Below, piece by piece: positions 61,620 to 64,000 of a stretch of DNA of 64,000 bases. The position numbers and the translations under genes are program-made. Numbering within the stretch: the stretch's first letter is position 1; each line of letters begins with the position of its first letter. This stretch comes from Chara braunii (Eukaryota > Plantae > Charophyceae): contig BFEA01000005.1 in assembly GCA_003427395.1 (NCBI GenBank), positions 5,744,980 through 5,808,979 on the forward strand. Reading direction: 5' to 3'. The notes under the pieces are model-generated. The model was not told the DNA's origin. It saw only the letters and a program-made list of their open reading frames with translations, and ran no database searches.

Positions 61620-63337
61620 AAAGCTTCAATCTATTGGTGGGGAGCATCACCTGTTGGAAAGCGGGTCGAGCGTCCCGTTGAGCACAATAATAATCCAAAA
61701 TTGATAGATCAAAAACCATATCCTCCCACCACATTCTGCCATAACCAGTTAAGCAACTAGCTCAATGCCTCTTCACCCAACCGGGCGCCAGCTAAACTTG
61801 AAAACCTAGCACTCAACCAGGTACATCAATCCATGAGAAGGAATCAGTCCAAACCTAGACAAAGATCTATCTATACCAAGAGGCCGGAACAAGGCAGTTA
61901 CAAGGAAGGGGAAAGAAATCAGGGAATTCAGAGAGAGTTCTGAGGGGGATAGCAGGATCCACAACACTCCAATCATTAAAAATCAATCTGTAGTTCCTTT
62001 TGACGGGGTGTAGAGCATTGTCATGCCCTCCTTCCCATATTACTCTTCCCAACCTCCGACCCTGATCCCCTCCCAGCCATCTTTTGTTAAAACGAGTGAT
62101 CTGGTGCTAGATATTATTATGGAATGATAAGTGAAGAATTTTATCCTTTAAATGTTGCCATTTAATAGTGATTTTTGTTTGAATCTGTTGTTTGATAGTC
62201 TCTGTAAAATCTGGCCCATCCAGGCGGACATTTTTCATCTCATAAGTACATCTTCTTGTCCAGATAGCCCAGATGATAGTCTTTCTTCCAATTACAAAAA
62301 GATTAGTTGTAAACTCTTCCACTTGATCAGGATACCAGGACTCCAGAAGGAGAGTTCTCCAATCCCAAGGCCAAGGCAAAGAGGTACCCAGCTGGTTCCA
62401 GATCCTATCCCACCATCTCCAGAGTCATACCGACCCTGGACATTGAAGGAAAATATGCTCTATTGTTTCCGGAATGAGCTTGGAAGGGAATGCAGATTTG
62501 CAAAGTTTACACCATAGGAAAGCAATACCTTTCTGTTTCAGGGACGTCCTATCAATGATCCAGTCATTAGTGGGAAGGCACCAGTGAACAATTTGCCTTT
62601 GTAATAAGGCTAACTTGGCAGGTTTGGTTTTAATTATCTGGAACCATTTGATCCTCCTTAGATCATCCATACCTATATTAAAATGTTTATGCCATCTCTC
62701 TCTCTTATACAAGTCTTTAGATAAAATTTAGGACAGATCATTCTATATGTGGCTTTGACAGAGAGGGTAAGAAGGTTCTTAGAATGCAGTTGTCCTAATC
62801 TTCCTGGAGGCGTCCAAGTCCAAGAGAGGGGATCGAATGGAAGATGGGAAATTGGAGTATCAGGTTTAAAGGCTAGCCACTTATCTTTATCCTTCAAGAC
62901 TCTAATCCGCATGAGCAGATCAAAAGAAGACCATGTAATGTTGTCTTGTTGATTCTGAACCAAATATCCATCCTCTTAAATATTAAATACTGATAAAAAA
63001 ATTTGGTTTGGATTATGAAGCTCAATAATATTCCCAAGTATACCTTGTTGATTAAGGAGGGCAACCCAATCCCCTTCAAAGAGCTCGGACCCTTCCGTAG
63101 GATTCTGATTCAATCCAAGGGGATTAATTTAGTTATTTTATCAAGTGTGGTTCTCTGGTGATGAGTATGTCTAAGCCTATCATGGAGGTCTTCTACTGAA
63201 CACCAGTCCCTCTTTTCTTGATTTCAAATGTCCCTTACCCTTATGACCCCTCTTTTGATCCAACTGTTTCATGGGGTATCCATACAGTGAAGGACACATC
63301 CTTGACCATCCTTAATAAACTTATTGTTAAATAAGAA
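61620..63337 (-). mobile_element. LINE family A-related 3' part (copy 4)
   Basis: WCKLC...ETIEHIFLQC, WPWDWRTLL and FPDFFP; degenerate 3' pseudoknot module at 61623-61676. Confidence 0.85.
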
Positions 63338-63380
63338 CTAGCTAAGCGCCAGCGGTGCGGGCAATGCAGTCAATGCCCGG

Positions 63381-63418
<38 letters not shown>

Positions 63419-64000
63419 GTTAGGTCAAAACCAACTGCAAAATTTTAGCACAATTAACGAATTCAAGAAATGGAAGATGGATAGAGACACAAAGAAAGGA
63501 AGAGAGAGAGGGAGAAAGGAGGGAAAGAGAGATGGACAGATACAGATACTGAGAGACAGAGGAGTAAGAAAATAATGCAAAAAAAAAAAAAAACAGCCGA
63601 ATAAGTGCACGTGAATGTTTTTGTTTTTTTTAATATATACTGAGGAATATATGTTTTTTTTTTTCCCTCAAGTTGCGCCCCCCCCCCCAACTCGGACTTG
63701 GATCCACTTCATGCTTCACCACACACGAAACCCGCAATCCGGCAGCTAAGAAGTGGACATTAATTTTTTTTTTTGGTAGCGAATAGTCGAAAATATTATT
63801 TTATTTTATTTTTCTTTAATAGGGTACGCGGGGGGCTTCTCGTTGCTCTTGGATCCATATCTTGTTTCACCACACATAAAACCTACACCGGGCCGCTAAG
63901 AAGTGCACGTGAATGTTTTTGTTTTTTTTAATATATACTGAGGAATATATGTTGTTGTTTTTTTTTCAAGTTGCAGGGGGGGGGTCTCCGCCCCCCTCCC
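63338..64000 (-). mobile_element. Probable Helitron 3' end with subterminal tandem repeats
   Basis: Minus strand: GC-rich hairpin CGGGCA...TGCCCG, then CTAG followed by T, exactly where LINE copy 4 is interrupted. Repeated units at about 63600-63760 and 63900-63975. Confidence 0.5.

Overview
This window is eukaryotic DNA densely packed with transposons. The element families, the (GA/CT)n tracts next to assembly gaps and the exon/intron signal suggest a green-lineage genome; Chara-like charophyte is my inference, not verified. The only host-gene signal is a first coding exon of an LST8-like WD40 gene (minus strand, 3168-3275). The rest is nested, mostly decayed retroelements: (1) an L1/Tx1-type LINE (family B) split by a full-length 11.2 kb LINE (family A) with a 13 bp TSD; (2) three more family-A copies on the minus strand; (3) two chromodomain Ty3/gypsy elements, one nested in the LTR of the other, both with a GGGAAAC -1 frameshift signal; (4) two Penelope-like elements with hammerhead-ribozyme relics, one with an N-terminal GIY-YIG motif; (5) a probable Helitron 3' end; (6) several non-coding poly(A) retroposed elements. 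The most notable signal is a covarying 3'-terminal RNA module (hairpin, H-type pseudoknot, optional hairpin with a CUGCUCUUAUCA loop) found six times. It is shared by autonomous family-A LINEs, orphan tails and a 2.6 kb ORF-less passenger element that carries its own tandemly duplicated structured RNA domain. A Nextera mate-pair junction adapter (6934-6971) is an assembly artefact.
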